DNA of 64,000 nucleotides from an uncultured Thiodictyon sp. (GTDB taxonomy: Bacteria > Pseudomonadota > Gammaproteobacteria > Chromatiales > Chromatiaceae), in contig NZ_CAJAXH010000014.1 of NCBI RefSeq assembly GCF_903946935.1, positions 133 through 64,132 on the forward strand, in the 5' to 3' direction. The notes beneath the pieces were generated by a model. The model had not been told where the DNA came from and searched no databases. It worked only from the letters and a program-made list of their open reading frames with translations. The position numbers were made by a program, and so were the translations under genes. Shown piece by piece: positions 9,504 through 23,076 of this stretch (positions within the stretch are counted from its first letter, which is position 1; each line of letters starts with the position of its first letter).

Positions 9504-10538
9504 TCAATGCAGTTGCATCGCCATCGCCATCGCCATCGCCATCGCGATGGCAGCCCGTAAGCTCCCCAGGTCGGCCCGATCGGTGCCGGCCAGGTCGAGC
9601 GCGGTGCCGTGATCCACTGAGGTCCGGATGATCGGCAGCCCGAGGGTGATGTTGACGGCCTGGCCGAACCCCAGGTGTTTGAGTACCGGCAGACCTTGAT
9701 CGTGATACATGGCGAGCACTGCATCCGCAGCGGCCAGACGCTCGTGTACAAAGACGGTATCCGCCGGCAATGGGCCCCGCAGGTCCCAGCCGCGTCCGCG
9801 CAGCCGCTCCAATACCGGTTCGATGATCTCGATCTCCTCGCGCCCCAGGTGTCCGCCTTCCCCGGCGTGGGGGTTGAGTCCGCAGACCAGGATGCGCGGG
9901 GCCGCGATACCGAAGCGCCGCACCAGGTCCTCATGCAGGATCGCGATCACCTGCTCAAGCAGCGGCGCAGTAATCGTCGCGGCGACCTCCTTCAATGGCA
10001 GGTGGGTGGTGACCAGGGCCACCCGCAGGCCCGGCGTAGCGAGCAGCATCACCGGGTGTGCCGTGCAGCGCTCGGCCAGATATTCGGTGTGGCCGGTGAA
10101 CGGCAGACCGGCGTCGTTGACGATGCCCTTATGCACCGGCCCCGTGACCAGTGCGTCGAAGACCCCGGCGCGGGTGCCGTCGCAGGCAATCCGCAGCGTC
10201 TCCAGTACATAGGCCGCATTGGCACGGTCGAGTCGGCCGGGCTGCACCGGTGCGCCCAAAGTCACCGGGAGCACCATCAGAGACCCCGGCGGGTTTGGGC
10301 TTGGCGGACGGTCGGGGGCATACTCTAGGCACCGCAGGGGCAACCCGAGGGCGCGCGCGCGTTCGGTGAGTAAGCCCGGATCGGCTACCGCGACCAACTG
10401 GGCTGCGAGCGGCTCTTGGACCAGTCGCACCAGCAGGTCGGGGCCGATCCCGGCCGGCTCTCCCGGGGTGACCGCGAGCCGCGGCGTGGCCTGGCCGGGT
10501 CCGGCCGTTGGCCACTCAGCGCTTGGTGTCGGCGTCAT
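9504..10538 (-). CDS. pdxA: 4-hydroxythreonine-4-phosphate dehydrogenase
   Basis: [53 protein letters not shown]. Confidence 0.97.
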   Translation of the reverse strand: MTPTPSAEWPTAGPGQATPRLAVTPGEPAGIGPDLLVRLVQEPLAAQLVAVADPGLLTERARALGLPLRCLEYAPDRPPSPNPPGSLMVLPVTLGAPVQPGRLDRANAAYVLETLRIACDGTRAGVFDALVTGPVHKGIVNDAGLPFTGHTEYLAERCTAHPVMLLATPGLRVALVTTHLPLKEVAATITAPLLEQVIAILHEDLVRRFGIAAPRILVCGLNPHAGEGGHLGREEIEIIEPVLERLRGRGWDLRGPLPADTVFVHERLAAADAVLAMYHDQGLPVLKHLGFGQAVNITLGLPIIRTSVDHGTALDLAGTDRADLGSLRAAIAMAMAMAMAMQLH

Positions 10539-11868
10539 TGGAGCGTATCTGGATATAGGCCTCGTCGCGCAGCCGCTTCGACCAGAGCTGGGCGGCCTCC
10601 TCGCCCTTGCGTCGCTGGATCGCCTCCCGTGCCCGCAGGCGCAGCAGTTCGTCCGCGGTGTCCTGGGTGCGGCGCTCCTGGACCTGCAGAATATGCCAGC
10701 CGAAGGAGGTGTGGAAGGGCTCGCTCACGTCGTTCGGATTGAGCTTGACCATGACTGACTCGAATTCCGGCACCGTATCGCCCGGGCTGACCCAGCCCAG
10801 ATCGCCGCCCTTGAGCGCCGAGCCGGTGTCGTCCGAGTGGGCGCGGGCGAGGGTGGCGAAGTCATCGCCGCCGAGGATGCGCATCCGCAACTGATTGAGC
10901 CGCATCTTGGCGTCGCCATCGGACACCATCTCGTTGGTGCGAATCAGGATGTGGCGCGCCTTGTATTGGGTCACATTGCTCGGTAGCCCGCCCTGGATTT
11001 CTGCCAGGCGAATGATGTTGAAACCGCTGGCGTTGCGGATTGGGTCGGTAATTTCGCCCTTGGCCATGGTTTGCGCCTGGTCCGCGACCAGGCTGGGGAC
11101 CGCGGCCATCTCAAACCATCCCAGGCTCCCGCCCTGCAAGGCGGTGCGCCCATCGGAGTTGGCCGCTGCCACCGCGGCGAAGTCCTCCCCGCCGCGTAGC
11201 CGGGCGACCAGTTGTTTGGCCTTGGCCTCGGCCTGGGCGACCTGGGTCGGGGTGGGTTGATCCGGCAGGGCGATCAGGATGTGCTCCAGGCGCACCTGTT
11301 CGCGGGGTATCAGTTTGCCTTTCTCGCGCTGCAAAAAGCGCTCCACCTCCTGATCCGAGACCTGGATGTTGGCCATGACCTCTTGGCTCTGCAGCCGGCC
11401 CAGGAGGATCTGCATCCGCGTGTCTTCGCGAAAGTCCTGGAAGCGGACATTCCCGTTCTCCAGCGAGGCCTTCAGTTCCTCCACTGACAGGCCATTGCGC
11501 CCCGCGATGGTCTGGATGGCCGCGTTTAGGGCGGCGTCATCGACCGTGATGCCGAGCTGCTTGGCGCGTTGTTGCTGGAGCCGCTTCATGATGAGTCGGT
11601 CGAGCACTTGCTTGCGCAACTGCTCCGGCGGCGGCACCGCCGTGCCCTGCTGTTTGAGTTGGGGCACTGTCAGGTTGATCTCGTTGTTCAAGTCGCTCTG
11701 TACGATCACGTCTTCGTTGACGACCGCGACGATCGAGTCCAGTGCTTCGGTGGCCGCGGCCGGTCGCAGCGCGTACATGCATAAGCACAGCCACAGCAAT
11801 GCGGCGAGGCGCCGCGGCAGCGTCTGCGCGGGGCCGGTCCAGTGCCCGCGGCCTTCAGTTTGAGTCAT
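10516..11868 (-). CDS. surA: Periplasmic chaperone/PPIase SurA
   Basis: Signal peptide, [10 protein letters not shown], two parvulin domains (GGSLGW, GGDLGWV), lptD-surA-pdxA synteny; start codon choice approximate. Confidence 0.93.
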   Translation of the reverse strand: MTQTEGRGHWTGPAQTLPRRLAALLWLCLCMYALRPAAATEALDSIVAVVNEDVIVQSDLNNEINLTVPQLKQQGTAVPPPEQLRKQVLDRLIMKRLQQQRAKQLGITVDDAALNAAIQTIAGRNGLSVEELKASLENGNVRFQDFREDTRMQILLGRLQSQEVMANIQVSDQEVERFLQREKGKLIPREQVRLEHILIALPDQPTPTQVAQAEAKAKQLVARLRGGEDFAAVAAANSDGRTALQGGSLGWFEMAAVPSLVADQAQTMAKGEITDPIRNASGFNIIRLAEIQGGLPSNVTQYKARHILIRTNEMVSDGDAKMRLNQLRMRILGGDDFATLARAHSDDTGSALKGGDLGWVSPGDTVPEFESVMVKLNPNDVSEPFHTSFGWHILQVQERRTQDTADELLRLRAREAIQRRKGEEAAQLWSKRLRDEAYIQIRSNDADTKR

Positions 11869-14746
11869 CACCATAGCCATAGATTTGCTGTTCCAGAAGT
11901 TTGTCGATCTTGTCGCCAATGGAGCCTAAGCCCGCCAGCTCCAGTTCCAGCATGATGCTGGTCGTGCCAGGGCCGGTGGCGCTGGTGTTGAGATGGCGCC
12001 CGAGGAGACGCAGCCGCCAGCAACAGCGCCCGCCGTACTCGATACCGCCAAAGGCCTCGGTGGTACTGTTCTGCAGGAGCGAATAGAGCCAGCGCCCGAC
12101 CACGCTGATGTTGGAGGTAATCGGCATGCGAAAGGACAGGTCGGTATTCTTGTAGTTGTCGGCCACGGTCGTACCCAGGCTGTAGCGATAGGCCAGGTTG
12201 ATCAGACGATCATCCCCCGGGGCATAGCTCAACTGTAACACCTGCTGTTGCCACCGGTTTCCGGTTCCGTAGTTTGGCCCCCATTGAAAGCTGGCGCGGG
12301 CGGTCAGCCCCGCCAACGGATTCGTCGCCAACTCGCCGGCCAGCGCCGAATATGAGGCATTATCCGGTATCGAGCCCGTGAGTTGGACCCGACGTGAGTC
12401 GAAGTAAAAGACCTCACCCAGGCTGGCCCGCAGCCATTCGCGACCGTCTCGGCCGCCCAGGGTACGGGAGGTCAGCCCGACGCTGAGCCGGTTTTCATCG
12501 CTGATGCGGTCGTAACCGGTGAAGCGATTGGGGCGAAACAGGCTGCTATAGCTGAAGGTCAGCGCCGTGGTGTCGAACAGCGGGTTGTTGGACTGATCTT
12601 GGTATGGTGTGCGGACATAGTAGAGACGGGGTTCCAGGGTCTGTAGTACGTTGTTACCGAACCAGTTGGTGTTGCGATCAAAGATCAAGCCGGCGTCCAG
12701 GATTACGCTGGGAATGAAAAAAGATGGGTGCGACGGCTGGCCTACCGCGGTGTTCGTCAGTTGGTAGCCGGTCGCATAGAGATCCATCCGCGGGATGAAG
12801 TGGCCGAAGCTACGGCGCACGGGCAACTGCACCGTGGAGACGAACACCTCCCGGCTGCCGTTGACCCTGGCCGAATTATCGAAATAGTCGTAACGCGTGT
12901 CAACGCTATAGGTCAGGGGGCCCCAGTGCTGCGTCGGCACGACCAACTGGAGGTGAGGGCTTTGGCCGTAGGGTCGGCTGGCGGCCGGGATCGTCGGGTC
13001 CACGGTCTGGAACTGCTGAACCGAGGCGAGCGCATAATACTTCGTGCCATAATACACGAGGCCCGCGCTCCGGGTCAGATTGACCAGGCTGGTGACTGCC
13101 AGGTTGTTGCCGAAATCGACGAGAAAGGTCTTATCGGATACCGCATTGTAGTTGATGTTGGTGGCCCAATGCCCCCAGTAGCCGCTCTGTGTAAAATGTG
13201 TGTCCCAGCGGGTCCCCAACTCCGGCGCCTTGTCATCATGTGGCAGTATCGCACCATCGAACTCGAGCGTCTGATGGCTCGTGAGGCCACGGACCTGGGC
13301 GCCGAGCATTGCCCCCCGTGTGCTCATGTAGCGCGGAAAGAAGGTCGCGTCCAGGTTGGGGGCGATGTTCCAATAATAGGGTATGGTGACGTCCAGACCG
13401 GTGTTGCTGGTATAGCCGACGAGTGGCGTCAGCACACCGCTGCGACGCCGACTGTCGATTGGAAATTGCAGGTAAGGCGTATAGAACACCGGTATCGGCC
13501 CGAAATTCAGCCGGGCGTGATGGGCGGTGCCCAGCCCCTGTTGCTGGTCGAGTTCCAGCTCGCTGGCACGTAGTGACCAATCGGAGCGCCCCGGTGGGCA
13601 GGTGGTATAGATGGCGTCCCGGTAGCGGGAGATATCTCCGGCCAGGAGTTCCGCCGTGGTGGCGGTGCCGCGAAGGTTCGTGGCACCCGCCAGGCGATAG
13701 TGGACATCGTCCAGGGTGCCCTGTTTCGTCAGCAGGTTGACATCGGCCGTCTTGGCCAGCATCCGTCCCCCCGGGTACGCGTAATACACGTTGCCTCTGG
13801 CCTTGGTTGCGCCCGTCTTTTGATCGTAGCTGGAACGGTCGGCCTCCAGATGCTGGTCGCCCTGGGTCATCTTGACGCCGCCGCGCAGTTGCACGATCTG
13901 GCTCCCTTGGTTGTAGTCGGCACAGTCGGCCGCGGCCGCGACCGGGGTCTTGGGGTCAAGTATGGGCGTGGCGATCTGCCCGAGGCCAGCGGTCGGCTGG
14001 GCGTGGCCAGGACGGCGGGCTTGGGGTCCGCAGTGATCCCACGGCAGCCCGACATAGAGGCGGGATTCGTCGAAGATACGCGGGGCGCGCGCGTCCGCCG
14101 GGCGCGTCTCCCACGGCGGCGGCACCATGCAGGACCAGTCGGCAGCGGCGTCGAGGTGCGCCGGGTCCGGGACCGCAGGGCCGCCGGCGCGGGACCGCCG
14201 ATCGGGTGGCGAACCCGCGGGCAATGGCGGCGGGAGAGGCAGATCCGCAGGGGTCGCAAGTGTCGGCTCGCGTGGCGGGATGGGGTCGGCCACGGGTGCC
14301 CGGACGCTTCCTGGGGCGGGCGTTGCGGTGTCTCCCGGGGCGGGTGGGGGCGCCACGGCGGGCGGCAACGGGGTGTCGCCCGCCGTCACCGTGGGCACGG
14401 TGTCGGGTTCGGTCTTGCGTTCCGGGGCCGGCGGTCCCGCCGGGGCGGGGGCTTCGCTCGCGCCCGCGGGGGGCGCCGGGGCAGCGGGGGCCTCAGGGAT
14501 CGCCGGGGCCATGGGGGGCACGGGGACTGCCGGGAGCGCCGACACCGCGGCGGTCTCTGGGGCCGCAGGAACGGCAGGCGCCAGCGCGGACACCGCATCG
14601 CCGGGGCGCGAGGGCGCGGCGGCGTCGGCGCTGCCCCCTTCGGCGAGTGCCGCAGTCGGCGCTGCGAGTGACAGAATGAGGGCGAGGGCGACTGGACTCA
14701 CGATGCTTAAACGCGTGACCCGCAGTAGTGCCGGTGGGTGGGCCAT
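11855..14746 (-). CDS. lptD: LPS assembly outer-membrane protein LptD with long Pro/Ala-rich N-terminal extension
   Basis: YTTCPPG, PVFYTPY, RRSGVLTP, PYYWNIAPNLD, YSSLFRPNRFTGYDRI, IMLELELAGLG. Confidence 0.95.
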   Translation of the reverse strand: MAHPPALLRVTRLSIVSPVALALILSLAAPTAALAEGGSADAAAPSRPGDAVSALAPAVPAAPETAAVSALPAVPVPPMAPAIPEAPAAPAPPAGASEAPAPAGPPAPERKTEPDTVPTVTAGDTPLPPAVAPPPAPGDTATPAPGSVRAPVADPIPPREPTLATPADLPLPPPLPAGSPPDRRSRAGGPAVPDPAHLDAAADWSCMVPPPWETRPADARAPRIFDESRLYVGLPWDHCGPQARRPGHAQPTAGLGQIATPILDPKTPVAAAADCADYNQGSQIVQLRGGVKMTQGDQHLEADRSSYDQKTGATKARGNVYYAYPGGRMLAKTADVNLLTKQGTLDDVHYRLAGATNLRGTATTAELLAGDISRYRDAIYTTCPPGRSDWSLRASELELDQQQGLGTAHHARLNFGPIPVFYTPYLQFPIDSRRRSGVLTPLVGYTSNTGLDVTIPYYWNIAPNLDATFFPRYMSTRGAMLGAQVRGLTSHQTLEFDGAILPHDDKAPELGTRWDTHFTQSGYWGHWATNINYNAVSDKTFLVDFGNNLAVTSLVNLTRSAGLVYYGTKYYALASVQQFQTVDPTIPAASRPYGQSPHLQLVVPTQHWGPLTYSVDTRYDYFDNSARVNGSREVFVSTVQLPVRRSFGHFIPRMDLYATGYQLTNTAVGQPSHPSFFIPSVILDAGLIFDRNTNWFGNNVLQTLEPRLYYVRTPYQDQSNNPLFDTTALTFSYSSLFRPNRFTGYDRISDENRLSVGLTSRTLGGRDGREWLRASLGEVFYFDSRRVQLTGSIPDNASYSALAGELATNPLAGLTARASFQWGPNYGTGNRWQQQVLQLSYAPGDDRLINLAYRYSLGTTVADNYKNTDLSFRMPITSNISVVGRWLYSLLQNSTTEAFGGIEYGGRCCWRLRLLGRHLNTSATGPGTTSIMLELELAGLGSIGDKIDKLLEQQIYGYGDDSN

Positions 14747-14879
14747 GGAACCTGGTTCCGGGGGGCGGTCGGCATGGGCCGGCTCCTCAAGGGTTGGGAT
14801 TTTGGCGTAACCATGTCACATTCTGCCGGGTCCGGCAATGCGGGGCATTGCCGCCGGCCACCACCACCAGGGGATTCGC

Positions 14880-15875
14880 GTGACGACACGGCACGATTTG
14901 TTGAGGCAATGGGTCGCTTCGGTACTTGGCAAGGACGCTTTCACCCTCGAACCGGCGTCATCCGATGCCAGTTTTCGCCGCTACTGGCGTGTGCGCCAAG
15001 GCGACAATACCTTGATTATCATGGATGCGCCGCCCGCGCAGGAGGACTGCGGCCGCTTTGTCGACCTGGCGCGGCGCCTGCGTGCCATCGGTCTGCATAC
15101 CCCCGAGGTCCACGCGCAGGACCTGGCCAACGGTTTCCTCGCACTCTCCGACCTGGGCGACCGGCTCTATCTGGCGGAGCTCGACGCCGCGCGCGCCGAC
15201 CGGCTCTACGCCGATGCGCTGGCCGCCTTGGCCATCATCCAGGCGCGCGGACCCCAGGAGGGTCTGCCGCGCTACGACGCCCCCTTCCTGGGGCGCGAAT
15301 TGGAGATTTTCCGCGACTGGTTCCTCGGCCGCCATCTGGGCCTTACGCTCAACGCGGCCGAGGCTGCCGGTTGGGATCGCGCCGGCGAGGCCCTGATCGC
15401 CAGCGCACTGGAGCAGCCCCAGGTCTGCGTCCACCGCGACTATCACTCGCGTAACCTGATGATCACCGAACCGGCGGGCCCGGGTATCCTGGACTTCCAG
15501 GACGCGGTGGTCGGCCCGGTCACCTACGACCTGGTCTCACTGCTCAGGGACTGCTATATCCAATGGCCGGCCGCGCGGGTCACCGGTTGGGCGCTAGGCT
15601 ACCGGCAGTTGGCGATCGACTCCGGCGTGCTGCCGGCCGTGGACGCCGCGCGCTTCCTGCGCTGGTTCGACCTCATGGGGGTCCAGCGGCACCTGAAGGC
15701 GTGCGGCATCTTCGCCCGCCTGCACCATCGCGATGGCAAGCCCAATTATCTCAACGACATTCCGCGCACCCTGGGCTATGTCCGGGAGGTCGCCACGCGC
15801 TACCCGGAGCTGGGCGACCTGGAGCGACTGTTGGCCGAGCGGATTGCCCCGGCGCTGGCCGGTGGCGGGGTGTGA
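14880..15875 (+). CDS. amgK: N-acetylmuramate/N-acetylglucosamine kinase (APH-fold), AmgK-like
   Basis: ASSDASFRRYWR, VHRDYHSRNLM, LDFQDAVVGPVTYDLVSLLRDCY, MGVQRHLKACGIFARL; divergent from lptD as in other gammaproteobacteria. Confidence 0.85.
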   Translation: MTTRHDLLRQWVASVLGKDAFTLEPASSDASFRRYWRVRQGDNTLIIMDAPPAQEDCGRFVDLARRLRAIGLHTPEVHAQDLANGFLALSDLGDRLYLAELDAARADRLYADALAALAIIQARGPQEGLPRYDAPFLGRELEIFRDWFLGRHLGLTLNAAEAAGWDRAGEALIASALEQPQVCVHRDYHSRNLMITEPAGPGILDFQDAVVGPVTYDLVSLLRDCYIQWPAARVTGWALGYRQLAIDSGVLPAVDAARFLRWFDLMGVQRHLKACGIFARLHHRDGKPNYLNDIPRTLGYVREVATRYPELGDLERLLAERIAPALAGGGV

Positions 15876-16034
15876 CGGCGCCGACGTCGCAGCCCACTTG
15901 GCCCTGGGGTGCCCAGCGCGCTATACTACCCGACTTTTGGCGGCTGGGCGGCGCGTGCCTGCCCGGTCATCGAACAACCATTTTGGACGGCGTCGGGGTC
16001 GCGCCCGGCCCTGCTGACGCGGGAGACGAGAAGC

Positions 16035-17345
16035 ATGCAAGTATCGGTGGAGACGGGCGAAGGTCTGGAGCGTCGGATGCGCATCGAGCTGCCATTCGAG
16101 CAGGTGCGGGGCGAGGTCGAAAAGCGGCTGCAGAAGCTCGTGCGCACCGTGAGGCTCCCGGGGTTCCGGCCGGGCAAGGTGCCGCTCGCGCTGTTGCGCC
16201 AGCGCTTCGGCGGACATGTGGAGCAGGAGGTCCTGGGCGAACTGATCCAGTCGAGCTTCGCCACGGCGGTCTCTGAGCGTTCACTGCATCTGGCCGGTGC
16301 GCCGCAGATCGAGCCCGACGTCGACCCGGCCGCGCAACGCTATGGCTTTACCGCGACCTTCGAGGTGATGCCCGAGGTCGCAATCGCCTCCTTGAGCGGT
16401 CAGGTCGTCAAGCGCCCGGTGGCGGAGGTCACCGACGCCGATCTGGAGATGGTGATCGAGCGGTTGCGCGAGCAACACAAGACCTGGGGCCCGGTCGAGC
16501 GTCCGGCGCAGACTGGCGACCGCCTGACGGTGTCCTTCGTCGGCACCTTGGATGGCGTGCCCTTCGAGGGCGGCTCGGCCACCGCGATCCCGGTGGAGCT
16601 CGGCACCGGTCGCATGCTCCCGGGATTCGAGGACGGGCTCGTCGGGGCCAGCGCCGGGGAGGCGCGCGCGCTGGACCTGAGTTTCCCTGAGGGTTACCAC
16701 CGCGCCGACCTGGCGGGGCAGCCGGTGCGCTTCGACGTCACGGTCGAGGTCGTGGCCGAACCGGTCCTGCCGACGGTGGACGCGGAGTTCGTCAGCGGCT
16801 TCGGGGTACCCGACGGCGATCTGGAGCGCTTCCGCACCGAGGTCCGGGCGAACATGGATCGTGAATTGAAACAGCGCATCGATGCCCGCACAAAGGAGGC
16901 TGTGATGGACCTGCTGGTCGCCGTTCACGGCCTCGCGGTCCCCGCGGTCCTGGTGGCGGAGGAGGTCCAGGGCCTCAAGGGCCAGATGCGGGAGCGCATC
17001 GGTGCGGCCGGCGCCGTGGACCTGCCCGACGTCCTGTTCGAGGAGCAGGCCCGGCGGCGGGTCGCCCTGGGCCTGATCATCGGCGAGATCATGAAGCGCC
17101 ACAGCATCAAGGCGGAGCCGGCGCGGGTCCGCGCCGCGATCGACGCCATGGCCGCCACCTACGAGGACCCCCAGGAGGTCATCGACTACTACTACGCCGA
17201 TCGTCAGCGGTTGGCCCCGTTCGAGTCCATGGTCATGGAAGAGCGGGTGGTCGAGTGGGTCCTGGAGCAGGTGAGCGTCGAGGACGAACAGATGAGCTTC
17301 GCGCAGTTGACCGACCCGGCGTCGGTGGCTGGCGCGGGGAGTTAG
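16035..17345 (+). CDS. tig: Trigger factor
   Basis: MQVSVETGEGLERR, LPGFRPGKVP, FKBP-like domain (GRMLPGFEDGL). Confidence 0.96.
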   Translation: MQVSVETGEGLERRMRIELPFEQVRGEVEKRLQKLVRTVRLPGFRPGKVPLALLRQRFGGHVEQEVLGELIQSSFATAVSERSLHLAGAPQIEPDVDPAAQRYGFTATFEVMPEVAIASLSGQVVKRPVAEVTDADLEMVIERLREQHKTWGPVERPAQTGDRLTVSFVGTLDGVPFEGGSATAIPVELGTGRMLPGFEDGLVGASAGEARALDLSFPEGYHRADLAGQPVRFDVTVEVVAEPVLPTVDAEFVSGFGVPDGDLERFRTEVRANMDRELKQRIDARTKEAVMDLLVAVHGLAVPAVLVAEEVQGLKGQMRERIGAAGAVDLPDVLFEEQARRRVALGLIIGEIMKRHSIKAEPARVRAAIDAMAATYEDPQEVIDYYYADRQRLAPFESMVMEERVVEWVLEQVSVEDEQMSFAQLTDPASVAGAGS

Positions 17346-17414
17346 CCCGATGGTGGCGGCGTCCCGGACGCCCGCACGGTTGGATCGACAGCGCAGATGA
17401 GAGAAGCAGATAGC

Positions 17415-18059
17415 ATGATCAAGCCCGTGAGTGGCACGCAGTGGAGGCCCGAGGGGCTGGGACTGGTGCCGATCGTCATTGAGCAGACGGCGCGCGGCGA
17501 GCGCTCTTTCGACATTTACTCGCGTCTCCTGAAAGAGCGGGTCATCTTCCTGGTAGGGCCGGTCGAGGACTACATGGCCAATCTGGTGGTGGCCCAGATG
17601 CTTTTTCTGGAGTCCGAAAACCCGGACAAGGACATCCACCTCTATATCAACTCGCCCGGCGGTTCGGTCACGGCCGGGTTGGCGATCTACGACACCATGT
17701 GCTTCGTTCGTCCGGACGTCAGCACCTTGTGTATCGGTCAGGCGGCGAGCATGGGCGCGCTCCTGTTGGCCGGCGGGACGGCGGGCAAGCGCCACTGCCT
17801 GCCCAACTCGCGCATGATGATCCATCAGCCGTTGGGCGGTTTTCAGGGCCAGGCGACCGATATCGATATCCATGCCCGCGAGATCCTCCTGCTGCGCGAT
17901 CGACTCAACGGCATCCTGGCCCATCACACCGGTCAGCCGATCGAGAAGATCGCCGACGACACCGAACGTGACCGCTTCCTGGGCGGTGACGAGGCCCAGG
18001 CCTATGGTCTGATCGACAAGGTGTTGACCGAGCGGGGTCCCGCGCTGGGCAAGGCCTGA
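17415..18059 (+). CDS. clpP: ATP-dependent Clp protease proteolytic subunit
   Basis: [42 protein letters not shown]. Confidence 0.98.
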   Translation: MIKPVSGTQWRPEGLGLVPIVIEQTARGERSFDIYSRLLKERVIFLVGPVEDYMANLVVAQMLFLESENPDKDIHLYINSPGGSVTAGLAIYDTMCFVRPDVSTLCIGQAASMGALLLAGGTAGKRHCLPNSRMMIHQPLGGFQGQATDIDIHAREILLLRDRLNGILAHHTGQPIEKIADDTERDRFLGGDEAQAYGLIDKVLTERGPALGKA

Positions 18060-18258
18060 TTCGACCTAGCGTCCAGCCCGGCCCGGCTTGAGGGATTGCG
18101 GGGGGGGGCGGCGTCGCGCCGTGTTCCCGGCGCGGTCCGATATCCGATCGCCGCTGCTCCCCGCCTTGCCATCCCGGCGCAAACCGTTATGATTGATACA
18201 GCTTCGACAGGCCCCCCCTGGTTCCTGTCGCCAACTGACCCCCGGAGTGTCATTCCCG

Positions 18259-19533
18259 ATGAGTGGAAGTAACCACGGTAAGAGCGACGAGGGCAAACTC
18301 CTCTATTGCTCGTTCTGCGGCAAGAGCCAGCATGAAGTCCGCAAACTCATCGCCGGCCCCTCCGTGTTTATCTGCGACGAGTGTGTCGAGCTCTGCAACG
18401 ACATCATCCGCGAGGAGATGCAGGAAGGGGTGGGCGATGCCACCAGCAAGTTGCCCAAGCCGCGCGAGATCAAGGAGAGCTTAGACGAGTTCGTCATCGG
18501 TCAGGAATACGCCAAGCGTGTACTTGCGGTCGCAGTCTATAACCATTACAAGCGTTTGGAGGTCTCGGAGGCCAAGGAAGAGATCGAGATCGCCAAGAGC
18601 AACATCCTGCTCATCGGTCCCACCGGCTCCGGCAAGACCCTGTTGGCCGAAACCCTGGCCCGCCTGCTGAATGTCCCCTTCACCATCGCCGACGCCACCA
18701 CCCTCACCGAGGCCGGTTATGTCGGGGAGGACGTCGAGAACATCATCCAGAAGTTGCTCCAGAAGTGCGACTACGATGTGGAGAAGGCGCAGAGCGGGAT
18801 TGTCTATATCGACGAGATCGACAAGATCTCGCGCAAATCGGACAACCCGTCGATCACGCGCGACGTCTCAGGTGAGGGTGTACAGCAGGCCCTGCTCAAG
18901 CTGATCGAGGGGACCGTCGCCTCGGTGCCGCCTCAGGGTGGGCGCAAGCATCCGCAACAGGAGTTCCTGCAGGTCGATACCTCGAACATCCTGTTTATTG
19001 TCGGTGGCGCCTTTGCCGGGCTCGATAAGGTCATCCAGCAACGCTCCCGCAAGGGCGGGATCGGCTTCAACGCCGATGTCCACAGCAAGGACGACAAGCG
19101 CCAGATTGGTGAGTTGCTGGCCGCGGTAGAGCCCGAGGACCTGATCCGTTATGGCCTCATCCCGGAGTTCGTCGGCCGTCTGCCGGTGATGGCGACGCTG
19201 GAGGAGCTCGACGAGGCGGCCCTCATGCGCATCCTCACCGAGCCCAAGAACGCCTTGGTTAAGCAGTACGCACGCCTGTTCGAGATGGAGGGTGTGGAAC
19301 TGGAGTTGCGCGATGACGCCATGCGCTGTATCGCCAAAAAGGCCATGGAGCGTAAGACCGGGGCGCGCGGCCTGCGCACTATCATGGAGCAGGTGCTGTT
19401 GGACACCATGTATGACCTGCCGTCAATGAAGAGCGTCTGCAAGGTGGTCTTGGACGGCTCGGTCATCATGGGTGAGAACCGGCCCTTCCTCATCTACGAA
19501 GGCCTCGAAAAGCAAGTTGCCTCCGGAGATTGA
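18259..19533 (+). CDS. clpX: Clp protease ATP-binding subunit ClpX
   Basis: CSFCGK zinc finger, [19 protein letters not shown] loop (KGGIGF). Confidence 0.98.
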   Translation: MSGSNHGKSDEGKLLYCSFCGKSQHEVRKLIAGPSVFICDECVELCNDIIREEMQEGVGDATSKLPKPREIKESLDEFVIGQEYAKRVLAVAVYNHYKRLEVSEAKEEIEIAKSNILLIGPTGSGKTLLAETLARLLNVPFTIADATTLTEAGYVGEDVENIIQKLLQKCDYDVEKAQSGIVYIDEIDKISRKSDNPSITRDVSGEGVQQALLKLIEGTVASVPPQGGRKHPQQEFLQVDTSNILFIVGGAFAGLDKVIQQRSRKGGIGFNADVHSKDDKRQIGELLAAVEPEDLIRYGLIPEFVGRLPVMATLEELDEAALMRILTEPKNALVKQYARLFEMEGVELELRDDAMRCIAKKAMERKTGARGLRTIMEQVLLDTMYDLPSMKSVCKVVLDGSVIMGENRPFLIYEGLEKQVASGD

Positions 19534-19765
19534 TTCCTGATCTATCCCTGGCCGAGGCGACCGCCATGGGCTGGCCAGCCCATGGCGGTTGCACCAGTGG
19601 TGAGCTGGTTGAGGCCAAGCCATTGAATCCGGCTCGCTCAGCCCCGATTCTTTAGCGATCCAATCAGCCGCGGATCGCTCTGCCGGCAACTTGCCCAGGG
19701 ACTTGACGCGCACTCCGCGGTCTGGTCGCCTACCCCCCACGAGCGTTCCAGCACAGAGAGTGTCA

Positions 19766-22219
<2,454 letters not shown>

Positions 22220-22411
22220 GGTTTTTTGACGATTTGTGCGCCCGACGGGGAAAAACCCGGTTGCCCCGCCGCGCACTCCGCTTTAGCATTCGGGGTCGCG
22301 GCAATCGCGCCCGGTGGGGTCGCCGGCTCGCCTGAGGGCGGCCGGGGTAACCGACGGCGCTGCCGGTAATTGTGTACTCGCGGAACAGTGGCCAGGATAG
22401 TTGGGGGAAAA

Positions 22412-22684
22412 ATGAACAAATCGGATCTGATCGAGGTGATGGCGGACGCGGGTGATATCCCAAAGGCGGCTGCCGGGCGGGCGTTGGATGCCTTCACCGA
22501 CGCCATCGCGCTGGCCCTGAAGAACGGCGACACGGTCTCCGTGATCGGCTTCGGGACCTTCTCAGTCAAGGAGCGGGCGGCCCGCACTGGGCGCAATCCC
22601 CAGACGGGCGCGGCGATTGAGATCGGGGCATCGAAAACTCCGGGTTTCAAGGCTGGCAAAGCGCTCAAAGACGCGATACAATAG
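22412..22684 (+). CDS. hupB: DNA-binding protein HU
   Basis: [28 protein letters not shown]; follows lon. Confidence 0.93.
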   Translation: MNKSDLIEVMADAGDIPKAAAGRALDAFTDAIALALKNGDTVSVIGFGTFSVKERAARTGRNPQTGAAIEIGASKTPGFKAGKALKDAIQ

Positions 22685-22766
22685 CGGTTCGTTGTTAGGG
22701 CGCCCCCTAAAGGGCACCCAACAACGAGTGGTCCTAGAGTCAATGACCGCAACAGGTGCCCAATCA

Positions 22767-22842
22767 GGGTGCTTAGCTCAGCTGGGAGAGCATCGCCCTT
22801 ACAAGGCGAGGGTCGCAGGTTCGATCCCTGCAGCACCCACCA
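22767..22842 (+). tRNA. tRNA-Val(TAC)
   Basis: GGGTGCTTAGCTCAGCTGGGAGAGC...CCCTTACAAGGCG...GGTTCGATCC...CACCCACCA, 76 nt. Confidence 0.97.
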
Positions 22843-22908
22843 AGCGTCTGCCCCACGTCATTGCGACCTGTGGCAATTAACAGGGAAGCGCAATTCAGTG
22901 CGCATTCT

Positions 22909-22985
22909 GGAGCGGTAGTTCAGTTGGTTAGAATACCGGCCTGTCACGCCGGGGGTCGCGGGTTCGAGCCCCGTCCGCTCCGCCA
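22909..22985 (+). tRNA. tRNA-Asp(GTC)
   Basis: GGAGCGGTAGTTCAGTTGGTTAGAATACCGGCCTGTCACGCCGG...TTCGAGCCCCGTCCGCTCCGCCA, 77 nt. Confidence 0.97.
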
Positions 22986-22996
22986 ATCCGCAGAAG

Positions 22997-23030
22997 CGGG
23001 GTATCCGTTAAGGGTACCCCGTTTTTGTTT
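22997..23030 (+). terminator. Intrinsic terminator after tRNA pair
   Basis: CGGGGTATCC-GTTAA-GGGTACCCCG stem-loop followed by TTTTTGTTT. Confidence 0.7.
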
Positions 23031-23076
23031 GTGCGTTAGAATCCTCTTTTACTGAATCCCGTTCGAGTATCGAGTC

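Noticed and set aside
14880-15875. Aminoglycoside resistance phosphotransferase
   Set aside because: Motifs and position divergent from lptD fit the housekeeping peptidoglycan-recycling kinase AmgK.
16281-17927. 548-aa antisense ORF over tig/clpP, and many similar long overlapping ORFs (e.g. 4155-5177, 43735-45123, 56391-57644)
   Set aside because: Shadow frames typical of high-GC codon bias opposite well-supported genes; no recognisable motifs.
22767-22985. tRNA-targeted integrative element at tRNA-Val/Asp, or at tRNA-Gly 54249-54322
   Set aside because: No integrase, no duplicated tRNA 3' end noticed, and core genes continue on both sides.
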